From the NCBI GenBank assembly GCA_002369235.1, contig DFFF01000024.1, positions 6,586 to 70,585 of the forward strand: a DNA stretch of 64,000 nucleotides, written 5' to 3'. Shown here piece after piece: positions 47,996-57,209 of this stretch (position 1 is the first letter of the stretch; each line of letters opens with the position of its first letter). The DNA comes from Verrucomicrobia bacterium UBA3783 (GTDB taxonomy: Bacteria > Verrucomicrobiota > Kiritimatiellia > RFP12 > UBA1067). The translations under genes and the position numbers were made by a program. The notes under the pieces are model-generated. The model was not told where the DNA came from. It did not search any database and saw only the letters and a list, made by a program, of their open reading frames with translations.

Positions 47996-50742
47996 ACCGG
48001 CTGTTCATCATCGACCTCATGCCCTTTCTCTACCGGGGGCATTTCGTCTTTCTGCATTCGCCGCGGATGACCAAGTCGGGCATCAACACCTCCGCGCTCA
48101 TCGGGCTGGTCTCCGGCATCCAGTCCATCTTCAAGCGCGGCAAGCCCACCCATGCCGTCTTCGCGATGGATCCCGCCGGGCCAACCTTCCGCCACTTGGC
48201 CTATCCCGCCTACAAGGCGCAGCGCGAAAAGATGCCCGAGGACATCGCCGCATCGATCGGCTACGCGCAGGAACTCGCGGCGGCGATGAAGATCCCCGTG
48301 CTCCGGCGGGAGGGATTCGAGGCCGACGACATAATGGGCACTTTGGCGGTCAAGGGCGCCGCGGCCGGATTCGACGTCTACATGGTCACGCCCGACAAAG
48401 ACGCCGCCCAGCTCGTGCGCGAGCGCATCCATCTCTTCCGGCCCGGTAAAAACGGAGCCGAGGCGGATGTCTTCGGCGTCAAGGAAGTGTGCGAGCATTG
48501 GAAGCTCGCTTCGCCCGGACAGATGATCGACTACCTCGCGCTTGCCGGCGACACCGCCGACAACATTCCCGGCATCCGCGGCGTGGGTGAAAAGACCGCC
48601 CAGCAGCTCCTCGCGCAATTCGGATCGGTGGAAGGCATCATCGCCGGACAGGCGCAGCTCAAAGGCAAGCTGGCCGAGAAAGTCGCCGCCGGCGCCGAGG
48701 ATGCGAAAATCTCCAAGTTCCTCACCGCCATCAAGACGGACGTCCCGATGGAGGTGGATTTCGATTCCTTCCAACTCGGCGAGGTCGACCGCGAGGCGTT
48801 CACCGCAGCGTGCATGAAGTTCGAGCTCAACCGGTTTTGCGCGCAGGTTCTGGGATCGCCGGTTTTGGGCGGGCAGGGAACGGGGAGCGGCGAACCGTTG
48901 ACGGCCCCTGATCCCGCGCCGGCGGCTTCAAGCCCCGATCGGCAGCTCGCAACCATCCGCACCGTTCCGCACGAATATACGCTCGTGAAGACCGTGGCGG
49001 CGGCGGAAGCGCTGCTCGCTGAACTTAAAGCCGCGCCGCTCATCGCCTTCGACACCGAGACCAGCGGACTCGACCAGCGCACCTGCCGGCTGGTGGGCTT
49101 TTCCTTCGCCACGCGGCCCGGCAGCGCCTGGTATGTTGCCGGAGATTTGATCGACATCTTCCGCCCGCTCTTCAACGATCCCGGAAAGACGTTCGTCGGC
49201 CACAACGTGAAGTTCGACTGCTCGGTGCTGCGGCGCTACGGGATAGGCTTCGCCAAGCCTCCGCACGATACGATGCTCGCGCACTATTGCATCGACGCCG
49301 CCGCGCGCCATGGCATGGATGCGCTCGCCGAACGGTATCTAGGCTACTCCCCCATCCCGATCACCGCGCTCATCGGAGTGAAAGCGCGCGGCAAAAGCCA
49401 GCTCTCCATGGAGTCGCTGAGGCCCGAGGAAATCTGCGACTACGCGGCCGAAGATGCAGATGTCACGCTCCGGCTCTACGAGGCGCTCATGCCGGAGGTG
49501 GACCGGCTGGGCGTCCGCAAGGTCTTGGAGGAAGTGGAAGAGCCGCTCGCCCAGATATTGATTTCCATGGAAGAAGAGGGCGTCAAGCTCGACACCAAGG
49601 CGCTCAAGGATTTCGGCTGGGAACTCGACGGCGAGATCCTCAAACTCCTGCAGACCATAAACCGGTATTCAGATCCCGGACTCAATGTGGACAGTCCCCG
49701 CCAGCTGGGCGAGCTGCTTTTCGACAAACTGAAGCTCGACACCTCCGTCACCAAGCGCACCATTTCCGGGCAGTGGTCGACCGGCGAAGAAGTCCTCCAG
49801 CGACTCGTCGACGCCCATCCCGTGGTGGCGGCGATTCTCGAGTATCGCGCGTGCGCCAAGTTGAAGTCCACCTATGCCGACAAGCTGCCCGCGCTTATCG
49901 ATCGCGAATCGCGCGTCCACACGACCTACGCCCAGAGCCTCACCGAGACCGGGCGGCTGTCGTCGTCGGATCCCAATCTCCAGAACATCCCCATCCGCAC
50001 CGAGCGCGGCAAGATGATCCGCAAGGCATTTGTCGCGCGCGATGAAAACCATGTGATCGTCTCCGCCGACTACTCACAGATCGAGCTTAGGCTAATGGCG
50101 GCGTTTTCGCAGGACGAGGCGATGCTGGGCGCATTCCGGCGCGGCGAGGACATCCATCGCGACACGGCGTCGCGCGTCTACGATTGCATGCCGGCGCTGG
50201 TCACGCCGGAAATGCGCTCCAGATGCAAGATGGTGAACTTCGGGATCATCTACGGAATTTCGTCGTTCGGGCTGTCGCAGCGGCTCAAAGTCCCGCGCCG
50301 CGAGGCGGCGGAGCTCATCGATACCTACTTCCGGCTCTATCCGCGCGTCAAGGATTTCATGAACCAGGCGATTGCCGAAGCCCGCGCCGCCGGCGGCGCC
50401 AAGACGGCAACCAACCGCCGCCGGACGCTGCGCGACATCAATTCGCGCAACGCCACCGCGCGCCAGGCCGCCGAGCGCGACGCCATCAACACCCCGATCC
50501 AAGGCTCCGCCGCCGACCTCATCAAGGTCGCGATGGTCAAAGTCGACCGCGCTCTCCGCGCCGAAGGGCTCAAAACGCGCATGGTCCTCCAGATTCACGA
50601 CGAACTTGTCTTCGACGCTCCCAGGGAAGAGGCGGAGAGGGTTTGCGAAATCGTCCGGAGGGAAATGGCGAACGCGATGGACTTCGGCGTTCCGCTGGAA
50701 GTCTCGGTGGGCGTCGGCGACAACTGGCTCGCAGCGCACTGA
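47992..50742 (+). CDS. polA: DNA polymerase I
   Basis: 916 aa from the ATG at 47992; the ORF-track start at 47194 is an out-of-context extension. It has a 5' nuclease domain (FRHLAYPAYKAQREKMPEDI...GFEADDIMGTLA) and a 3'-5' exo region (IAFDTETSGLD). Pol motifs are RRTLRDINSRNATARQAAERDAINTPIQGSAADLIK and LQIHDELVF. Confidence 0.92.
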   Translation: MNRLFIIDLMPFLYRGHFVFLHSPRMTKSGINTSALIGLVSGIQSIFKRGKPTHAVFAMDPAGPTFRHLAYPAYKAQREKMPEDIAASIGYAQELAAAMKIPVLRREGFEADDIMGTLAVKGAAAGFDVYMVTPDKDAAQLVRERIHLFRPGKNGAEADVFGVKEVCEHWKLASPGQMIDYLALAGDTADNIPGIRGVGEKTAQQLLAQFGSVEGIIAGQAQLKGKLAEKVAAGAEDAKISKFLTAIKTDVPMEVDFDSFQLGEVDREAFTAACMKFELNRFCAQVLGSPVLGGQGTGSGEPLTAPDPAPAASSPDRQLATIRTVPHEYTLVKTVAAAEALLAELKAAPLIAFDTETSGLDQRTCRLVGFSFATRPGSAWYVAGDLIDIFRPLFNDPGKTFVGHNVKFDCSVLRRYGIGFAKPPHDTMLAHYCIDAAARHGMDALAERYLGYSPIPITALIGVKARGKSQLSMESLRPEEICDYAAEDADVTLRLYEALMPEVDRLGVRKVLEEVEEPLAQILISMEEEGVKLDTKALKDFGWELDGEILKLLQTINRYSDPGLNVDSPRQLGELLFDKLKLDTSVTKRTISGQWSTGEEVLQRLVDAHPVVAAILEYRACAKLKSTYADKLPALIDRESRVHTTYAQSLTETGRLSSSDPNLQNIPIRTERGKMIRKAFVARDENHVIVSADYSQIELRLMAAFSQDEAMLGAFRRGEDIHRDTASRVYDCMPALVTPEMRSRCKMVNFGIIYGISSFGLSQRLKVPRREAAELIDTYFRLYPRVKDFMNQAIAEARAAGGAKTATNRRRTLRDINSRNATARQAAERDAINTPIQGSAADLIKVAMVKVDRALRAEGLKTRMVLQIHDELVFDAPREEAERVCEIVRREMANAMDFGVPLEVSVGVGDNWLAAH

Positions 50743-50859
50743 CGGCGTGATGTCAGGGGTGCGCTCCTTGGTGCGGCATTTTTGAGGAAGAAGACAAATT
50801 GCGAGCCGCCGACGGCGGTTGCGCGGCGGCCGCCCGCCCTTGCTTTTCACTGGGATTTT

Positions 50860-50868
50860 TGGTATAAT
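50860..50868 (+). promoter_or_regulatory. Extended -10 element TGGTATAAT upstream of purA
   Basis: The plus strand reads GGGATTTTTGGTATAATACG, 42 nt upstream of the ATG at 50911. Confidence 0.5.
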
Positions 50869-50910
50869 ACGAACTGATTTCCAATTAATAAGACAGGAAA
50901 AACCCGCAAA

Positions 50911-52188
50911 ATGAACACAGTGCTTGTTGGCGCCCAGTGGGGCGACGAAGGAAAAGGCAAGGTTATAGATTTTCTGACCGAAGAGTCGGATGTGGTGGTG
51001 AGATTCCAGGGCGGCTCCAACGCCGGTCACACCGTTGTCGTCGGCGACAAAAAGTATGTGCTCCATCTGGTGCCGTCGGGCGTGCTGCACGAAGGCAAGC
51101 ATTGCATCATCGGCAATGGCGTGGTGATGGATCCGTTCGATCTCATGAAGGAGCTCGATCAGGTCAAGAGCTGGGGTTTCAATCTTTTGGGACGATTCCA
51201 TATCTCCGAGCGCGCGCAGATGGTGATGCAGTGGCACCGTGCGCTGGACAAGGCGGACGAGGCGGCAAGATCCGAAGGCAGGAAAATCGGCACCACCGGG
51301 CGCGGAATCGGTCCGGCGTATGCGGACAAGGTGGGGCGTTCCGGGGTGCGCGTAGGCGATATCCTCAAGCCCAATTTCGAGGACATAGTCCGCGAGCATG
51401 TCGAAGACGCGAACCGCAAATTGCGTTCGCTCGGGGCGCAGGAACTGGATCCGGAGGAGATGGTGCGCCTCTACATGCCGGTCAAGCCCGCGCTGATGCC
51501 TTATGTGACCGACACGATCCAGTTCATCCACGAGCAGCTGGAAAGCGACAAATCGATTCTTTTCGAGGGCGCCCAGGCGACGATGCTCGATATCGATTTC
51601 GGCACCTATCCCTTCGTGACGAGCTCCAATCCCACGGCTGGCGGCGCGTGCACGGGATCGGGCGTGAGCCCCCGTTGCATCGACCGCGTGATCGGCGTGC
51701 TCAAGCTCTACACGACGCGCGTTGGCGAAGGGCCGTTCCCGACGGAACTTTTCGATGAGGACGGCGAGACGCTGCGCAAGCGCGGCGGCGAATATGGCGC
51801 CACGACCGGGCGTCCGCGCCGGTGCGGCTGGTTCGACGCATGCGTAGCGCGTTTTGCACGGCGCATCAATGGCGTCGATTTCTGGGCCATGACCAAGCTC
51901 GACGTGCTCGACACTTTCCCGGTCGTCAAGATCTGCACCGGCTACCGCCGCCCCGACGGTTTCGTCTACCAGACGTTTCCGATGGATCTCGACGCGCTTG
52001 CGACATGCGAACCGGTGTATGAGGAAATGCCCGGCTGGATGTGCGATACGAGCCACACGACCGATTACGCCGAGCTTCCTGAGAACGCCAAGCGCTACAT
52101 CGAGCGCATACTCGAAATCTGCGGCGGCAAACTGGGGGTCTTGTCGGTTGGTCCGGCGCGCGAGACGACGCTGCGCATCAACATCTGA
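50911..52188 (+). CDS. purA: Adenylosuccinate synthetase
   Basis: VLVGAQWGDEGKGKVIDFLTEESDVVVRFQGGSNAGHTVV and GTTGRGIGPAYADK are present; 425 aa. Confidence 0.95.
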   Translation: MNTVLVGAQWGDEGKGKVIDFLTEESDVVVRFQGGSNAGHTVVVGDKKYVLHLVPSGVLHEGKHCIIGNGVVMDPFDLMKELDQVKSWGFNLLGRFHISERAQMVMQWHRALDKADEAARSEGRKIGTTGRGIGPAYADKVGRSGVRVGDILKPNFEDIVREHVEDANRKLRSLGAQELDPEEMVRLYMPVKPALMPYVTDTIQFIHEQLESDKSILFEGAQATMLDIDFGTYPFVTSSNPTAGGACTGSGVSPRCIDRVIGVLKLYTTRVGEGPFPTELFDEDGETLRKRGGEYGATTGRPRRCGWFDACVARFARRINGVDFWAMTKLDVLDTFPVVKICTGYRRPDGFVYQTFPMDLDALATCEPVYEEMPGWMCDTSHTTDYAELPENAKRYIERILEICGGKLGVLSVGPARETTLRINI

Positions 52189-52847
52189 TGGAGCACCTCG
52201 CGGTTATCATGGACGGAAACGGCAGGTGGGCCGAAAGGCGCCATCTGCCGCGGTTGATGGGTCATCGCGCGGGCGCTGAAGCACTTGACCGCTGCATGCA
52301 CTATTGCAAGGCGGCGGGCGTCAAATATCTCACGGTATACGCATTTTCTACGGAAAACTGGAAACGCAGCGAAGAGGAAGTTTCAGGGCTCATGAAGCTC
52401 TTGTCGTCGTTCATCGCATCGAAGGAAAAGACGCTTGTCAAAGAGGGCGTCAGATTCCGGGTAATCGGGCGGCGGACGGATTTGAGCGAGAAGCTCCAGA
52501 GCGAGATTGCGGCGCTGGAGGAGAAGACCAAAGACGGCGATTTCACGCTGGTGGTGGCGCTTTCGTACGGCGGTCGCGATGAAATCGTGCGCGCCGCGAT
52601 GAAGTTCAAAGGCGCGACGGAAGAAGAGTTCGCCGCGTGTCTGGACACTGCGGGCATCCCCGACCCGGACTTGATCGTCCGCACCTCGGGCGAACAGCGC
52701 ACGAGCAATTTCCTTTTGTGGCAAAGCGCCTACAGCGAGTATTATTTCACGCCGGTATTGTGGCCGGATTTCGACCAGGCGGAATTCGACAAGGCGCTCG
52801 ACGCCTTCGCGCACCGGGAAAGAAGAATGGGGGGAAGACTCAAATGA
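52188..52847 (+). CDS. uppS: Undecaprenyl-diphosphate synthase (cis-isoprenyl transferase)
   Basis: HLAVIMDGNGRWA..., YLTVYAFSTENWKRSEEEV and RTSGEQRTSNFLLWQSAYSEYYF are present; 219 aa. Confidence 0.92.
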   Translation: MEHLAVIMDGNGRWAERRHLPRLMGHRAGAEALDRCMHYCKAAGVKYLTVYAFSTENWKRSEEEVSGLMKLLSSFIASKEKTLVKEGVRFRVIGRRTDLSEKLQSEIAALEEKTKDGDFTLVVALSYGGRDEIVRAAMKFKGATEEEFAACLDTAGIPDPDLIVRTSGEQRTSNFLLWQSAYSEYYFTPVLWPDFDQAEFDKALDAFAHRERRMGGRLK

Positions 52848-53623
52848 ATCCAATCGCCAAGCGGACCATAGTCGCGCTTTCGGTGGCGGCATTGGTGGTC
52901 GCGGGGCTCGTTTACGCTCCGCTTTGCGCAGTGAAGCCGGTCGTCATCGCGCTCATCATTCTCGCGCAGCTTGAACTCCTGCAGATCGTCTCGCGCAAGT
53001 ATCCGGCGATGGTCGTGCCCGGCGTTCTCGCCGGTGCGGCGTATCTCGTCTCTCGGTTCTATTTTCCGAGCTCGGCGATTTCGCTCATAATCTTCGCGCT
53101 TGCGGCCTTCGCCGCCTTTCGCGTCAAGGAACGCCCGGTGGCGGCGCTGGCGACGACCGTCTTCTCGCTCGTGTATCTCCCGGTGATGCTGGGCGCGATA
53201 ATCGACATCGCGCGTCTCCAGAGCGCGACGGGAACCCTGTATCTCCTTTACACGATCGCGATCGTGAAGATTTCCGACATGGGCGGCTTTGCCTTCGGGC
53301 TGGCGTTCGGGAAGCACAAGATGTGTCCCGCGATCAGTCCCAACAAGAGTTGGGAGGGGCTAGCCGGAAGCGTCTTCGCGAGCTGTGTGATCAGCTGCTC
53401 GCTGATGGCGCTCACCGGCTTTGGCTGGGGCAAGTCGCTCGCGCTGGGCGTGGTGGCGGCATTGGTCGGCACGGCCGGCGACCTCGTCGAAAGCCGCATC
53501 AAACGCGAATGCGAAGTGAAGGATTCGGCGACCTTCATGCCCGCCGGAATGGGCGGCTTTCTCGACATGCTCGATTCGCTCGTCTTCGCTCCCGCGCTCC
53601 TCTATCCGCTTTTGACCGCATGA
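52844..53623 (+). CDS. cdsA: Phosphatidate cytidylyltransferase
   Basis: The ATG at 52844 is in an ATGA overlap with uppS. The signature is SDMGGFAFGLAFGKHKMCPAISPNKSWEGLAGS...GDLVESRIKR; 259 aa and multi-TM. Confidence 0.88.
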   Translation: MNPIAKRTIVALSVAALVVAGLVYAPLCAVKPVVIALIILAQLELLQIVSRKYPAMVVPGVLAGAAYLVSRFYFPSSAISLIIFALAAFAAFRVKERPVAALATTVFSLVYLPVMLGAIIDIARLQSATGTLYLLYTIAIVKISDMGGFAFGLAFGKHKMCPAISPNKSWEGLAGSVFASCVISCSLMALTGFGWGKSLALGVVAALVGTAGDLVESRIKRECEVKDSATFMPAGMGGFLDMLDSLVFAPALLYPLLTA

Positions 53624-53907
53624 AGCGAAAAATAAAGACCCTGGCTCTCGCGGCGCTGATCGCGGCGCTTTCCGGCGGCGCGTGGTATGTCTGCAACCGC
53701 GGTGTCACCAACGAAGATCTGCGCGAAGACATCCATGGCGCGGAAAACCGGCTGGAGCTGCGCTTCGACTATTCCGACGCGAAAATGGAGGGCGTCGAGG
53801 CGAGGCTTTCGGAGATGGACGGCAAGCTCGACCGCATCGAAGCGAAGCTCGACCGGATTCTTGACATCGCCACGCGCCCCATGCCCGACGACATGACTTT
53901 GAAATAA
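53620..53907 (+). CDS. Small membrane-anchored coiled-coil protein (95 aa), unknown function
   Basis: The ATG at 53620 is in an ATGA overlap with cdsA. It has the N-terminal anchor KTLALAALIAALSGGAWYV followed by ...MEGVEARLSEMDGKLDRIEAKLDRILD. Confidence 0.5.
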   Translation: MKRKIKTLALAALIAALSGGAWYVCNRGVTNEDLREDIHGAENRLELRFDYSDAKMEGVEARLSEMDGKLDRIEAKLDRILDIATRPMPDDMTLK

Positions 53908-53944
53908 AAACGAAACAACAACCACCTAAAGAACTGGAAAAGAA

Positions 53945-55531
53945 ATGAGACCTGTAGTTTTCATCATCCGCGACGGCTGGGGCGTCAATCCCCGCAAGGA
54001 AGGCAACTCCGTATACGGCGCCAAGACGCCGGTCATCGACCAGATCCGCGCGCGCTATCCGCATTGTCTTCTGGATTGCTGCGGCGAGGCCGTCGGCCTC
54101 CCCGACGGCTACCAGGGCAGCTCGGAAGTGGGCCACCTCAACATGGGCGCCGGCAGGATTGTAATCCAGGAATTGAAGCGCATCGACGACGGGCTTTCCT
54201 CCGGCGAGCTCTTCAAGAGCCCCAAATGGCAGAAGCTGGTCGCCGACTGGAAGGCGAACAATTCGCAGTTCCATTTCTTCGGTCTGCTGCAGGACGAGGG
54301 AGTGCATGCGCATCAGGAGCATCTCTTCAAGCTGATGCGCCGGGCGCGTGCGGAGTTCCCCGAAGGCCGCATCGTCGTGCATCCTTTCCTGGACGGGCGC
54401 GATACGCCGCCGCGATCCACGCTTGAATACATTGCGCGTCTCAAAACCGAGCTCGCCGCCGTCGGCAACGCGACGATCGGCACCGCGATGGGCCGCTACT
54501 ACGGCATGGACCGCGTGAAAAACTGGAAGCTCACGAGCGAAGCCTACGACTGCATAGTCTCGGCGAAGGGCAAGAAGGCGGCGACGATCGAGGAGTGCGT
54601 CAAGGCCGAATACGAGACCGGCGTCACGCCCGACGGCACGCCCATGACCGACGAATACATTCCGTGCTACACGATCGGCGGCTACGACGGCATGAAAGAC
54701 GGCGATGTCGTCATGCACACGAACTACCGTCAGGACCGTGCGATCCAGCTTACGCAGGCGTTCGTCTGCGACGACTATCCCGGCGAACGCAGCGCACGCC
54801 CGAAGGTGACGTATCTGGGCTTCACGCGCTATTGGGACGAGTTCGAGGATTATCTCCTTGGCGCCATGGGCGCAGGCGGCGGAATGGACAATCTCCTCGG
54901 CGAGGTCGTCTCCCGCGCCGGAATCCGTCAGCTCCGCCTCGCAGAGACACAGAAGTTCCGCCATGTCACGAGTTTCTTCAACGGCAAATCCACGACGCCC
55001 AGCGAAGGCGAGGATCAGGTGGAGGTCAAGAGCCGCTTCGACCCCGCGACGTTCGCTTCGCATCCAGAGATGGACGCCTACAACGTCACCGAAGAACTTT
55101 TGAAGCGTCTCGAGAACAATCCATACGGCTTCATCGTCGTCAACTACGCCAACTGCGACATGGTAGGCCACACTGGAGACGAGGCGGCGGCGACCAAGGC
55201 CGTGGAAGTGACCGACGAGTGCATCGGCAGAATCCTGCCGCGCCTCATGGAGCTTGACGCCCATGTGCTCATCTTCGCCGACCACGGCAACGCCGAGCAG
55301 ATGGTGGACTACAAGAGCGGCTTGACCAAGACTTCGCACACGCTCAACCTCGTGGATTGCTTCTACGTGGCCAACGATGCCGCGGGCGTGAAGCTCACGC
55401 CGCTGGCGAAGCTTTCGGCCGTGGCGCCCACCGCGTTGCAGATGCTGGGCATTCCGGTGCCGCCGGAGATGACGACTCCTTCGCTCCTCGCGACGAAAGA
55501 GCCGTGGAGCAAGACTTCGCTAAACGTCTAA
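53945..55531 (+). CDS. gpmI: 2,3-bisphosphoglycerate-independent phosphoglycerate mutase
   Basis: VVFIIRDGWG..., GSSEVGHLNMGAGRIV and ...ANCDMVGHTG...ADHGNAE are present; 528 aa. Confidence 0.9.
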   Translation: MRPVVFIIRDGWGVNPRKEGNSVYGAKTPVIDQIRARYPHCLLDCCGEAVGLPDGYQGSSEVGHLNMGAGRIVIQELKRIDDGLSSGELFKSPKWQKLVADWKANNSQFHFFGLLQDEGVHAHQEHLFKLMRRARAEFPEGRIVVHPFLDGRDTPPRSTLEYIARLKTELAAVGNATIGTAMGRYYGMDRVKNWKLTSEAYDCIVSAKGKKAATIEECVKAEYETGVTPDGTPMTDEYIPCYTIGGYDGMKDGDVVMHTNYRQDRAIQLTQAFVCDDYPGERSARPKVTYLGFTRYWDEFEDYLLGAMGAGGGMDNLLGEVVSRAGIRQLRLAETQKFRHVTSFFNGKSTTPSEGEDQVEVKSRFDPATFASHPEMDAYNVTEELLKRLENNPYGFIVVNYANCDMVGHTGDEAAATKAVEVTDECIGRILPRLMELDAHVLIFADHGNAEQMVDYKSGLTKTSHTLNLVDCFYVANDAAGVKLTPLAKLSAVAPTALQMLGIPVPPEMTTPSLLATKEPWSKTSLNV

Positions 55532-55552
55532 GGGACCTTCCGGAATCTCAAG

Positions 55553-56590
55553 ATGTCGAAGGCGCTGGGTATCGCTTTGTTGGCGTGCCTCGCGCCTTTC
55601 GCTTTGCTGGCGCTGGACATTTCCAACCGCTACCGATCGCCGCGCAATCCGGAGCGCAAGGTGCGCAAATCGACCGAACTCATCGTCCTGCACACGACGG
55701 AGGCTCCCGCGCAATCTTCACTGAACAAACTCTCCGAGCGCGGCGAGGCGCATTTCTGCATTGCCGAGGACGGCTCCATCTACCGCATCGTCGACCGCGA
55801 CCGCGAGGCCTTCCACGCCGGACGCTCGATGTGGAACGGCAAAGAGGATGTCGACAAGTTTTCAGTGGGGATCGAGTGCGTGGGCTATCACGACAAGCCC
55901 ATGCCGCCGGCCCAGCTTAAGGCGATCGCGGCGCTCGTGGCCGAGCTCAAGAAGATGTACCGGCTCCAGGATGCACAGGTCGTCTGCCACAGTCACGTGG
56001 CGTACGGCGCGCCGAACAAATGGCAGAAGCGCAACCACCGCGGACGCAAACGATGCGGAATGCTTTTTGCGATGCCGAGCGTGCGCAGGGAACTGGGGCT
56101 CAAGGCGAAACCGAAGGTCGACCGCGACGTGCAGGCGCGGCGGCTTGCCGTGGGCGACGAATATCTGCGCAAGGTGCTCTACGGGAATGTGGACACGATG
56201 CGCTCGCACTACGCGAGTCTCGCAAAACCCCGGCAGGAGGCGAAGCCCAAGCAAGACTCCGGCGGCATATTCAGCTGGTTCAGATATTCGCAGGACAAGG
56301 GCGCGAAGACCGCCGCCAGGCCGTCTGCGACCGTCAAGAGCGCAAAGCTGCAACCGCCGCCGAAAGCCGTGATATCCGCGCAGGCGCCGCCGCAGTCGAT
56401 CGCCGAGCTCAAGGCGCGCGGATACCGCATCGCCGGCTACGTCACGCCGGAAAAGAGTGCGTCGAAAATCGCCGGCGGACGGTGGAACAGCCCCGATACC
56501 TATTACACCATACGCAACAAAGTCATATCCGGCGACAAGGTGAACCCCGCAAAAATGGAAATAGGTATGGCAATTTGGCTGAAAATGTGA
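55553..56590 (+). CDS. N-acetylmuramoyl-L-alanine amidase (Amidase_2/AmpD fold) with a signal/anchor and a basic C-terminal extension
   Basis: LIVLHTTEA..., AHFCIAEDGSIYRIVDRDREAFHAG and FSVGIECVGYHD...VVCHSHV are present; 345 aa. Confidence 0.75.
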   Translation: MSKALGIALLACLAPFALLALDISNRYRSPRNPERKVRKSTELIVLHTTEAPAQSSLNKLSERGEAHFCIAEDGSIYRIVDRDREAFHAGRSMWNGKEDVDKFSVGIECVGYHDKPMPPAQLKAIAALVAELKKMYRLQDAQVVCHSHVAYGAPNKWQKRNHRGRKRCGMLFAMPSVRRELGLKAKPKVDRDVQARRLAVGDEYLRKVLYGNVDTMRSHYASLAKPRQEAKPKQDSGGIFSWFRYSQDKGAKTAARPSATVKSAKLQPPPKAVISAQAPPQSIAELKARGYRIAGYVTPEKSASKIAGGRWNSPDTYYTIRNKVISGDKVNPAKMEIGMAIWLKM

Positions 56591-56596
56591 TATAAT
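56588..56596 (+). promoter_or_regulatory. Extended -10 element TGATATAAT 7 nt upstream of the ntpD ATG (probable leaderless mRNA)
   Basis: The plus strand reads AAAATGTGATATAATATATACGATGGCC. The element overlaps the amidase TGA stop. Confidence 0.45.
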
Positions 56597-56603
56597 ATAT
56601 ACG

Positions 56604-57209
56604 ATGGCCAAGATAAAACTCACCAAGACGGAGCTCAAAGCGCAGACCGACGCCCTTAAGCGGTTTCGGCGCTTTCTGCCTATGTTGCAGCTCAAGAAGC
56701 AGCAGCTTCAGAGCGAAATCGCAGGCATAACGGCTAAGGCCGAGGCGGTAGCCGCGAAGGAACGGGCTGTGCGTGACGCGCTCGACCGATGGGTCGGGCT
56801 CTTCGCGACTGACGAGCGGCTCGTCGAAGGGCTGGTGAAGGTCAAAAGCGTCAATACGGGTTCGGCGAACATTGCCGGTGTCGCCATCCCTACTTTCCTG
56901 TCGATTGAAACCGATGTCCGCAAGGTGGATCTGTGGGCTACTCCCGCGTGGGTGGACGATGCCGTGAAGGCGACGGTGGAGATTCTTTCGTTGCAGTGCG
57001 AGCGCGCCGTATACGAAGAACAGCGCAGGCTGGTGACAATCGAACTCCAGACAACTTCGCAGCGTGTCAACCTTTTCGAGAAGGTGAAGATTCCTGAGTG
57101 CAAAGAGGCGATCCGGGTCATTAAGATCGCGATCGGCGACGAGCAGACTTCGGCCGTGACGCGAGGCAAGATCGCCAAGGGGCGCAGCGTGAAGGAGGAA
57201 GAGGAATGA
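56604..57209 (+). CDS. ntpD: V-type ATP synthase subunit D
   Basis: IKLTKTELKAQTDALKRFRRFLPMLQLKKQQLQSEI parallels recalled chlamydial AtpD (IKLTKN...YLPTLKLKKALLQVE); 201 aa. Confidence 0.8.
   Translation: MAKIKLTKTELKAQTDALKRFRRFLPMLQLKKQQLQSEIAGITAKAEAVAAKERAVRDALDRWVGLFATDERLVEGLVKVKSVNTGSANIAGVAIPTFLSIETDVRKVDLWATPAWVDDAVKATVEILSLQCERAVYEEQRRLVTIELQTTSQRVNLFEKVKIPECKEAIRVIKIAIGDEQTSAVTRGKIAKGRSVKEEEE

Noticed and set aside
35126-55339. Long minus-strand ORFs in the right arm (35126-36577, 36447-37532, 40850-42226, 43058-44260, 45093-46601, 47680-48774, 50092-52056, 53705-55339)
   Set aside because: They are antisense to confidently identified plus-strand genes (gspF, pilins, polA, purA, gpmI). 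Their translations are Arg/His/Asp-rich junk without start-site context.
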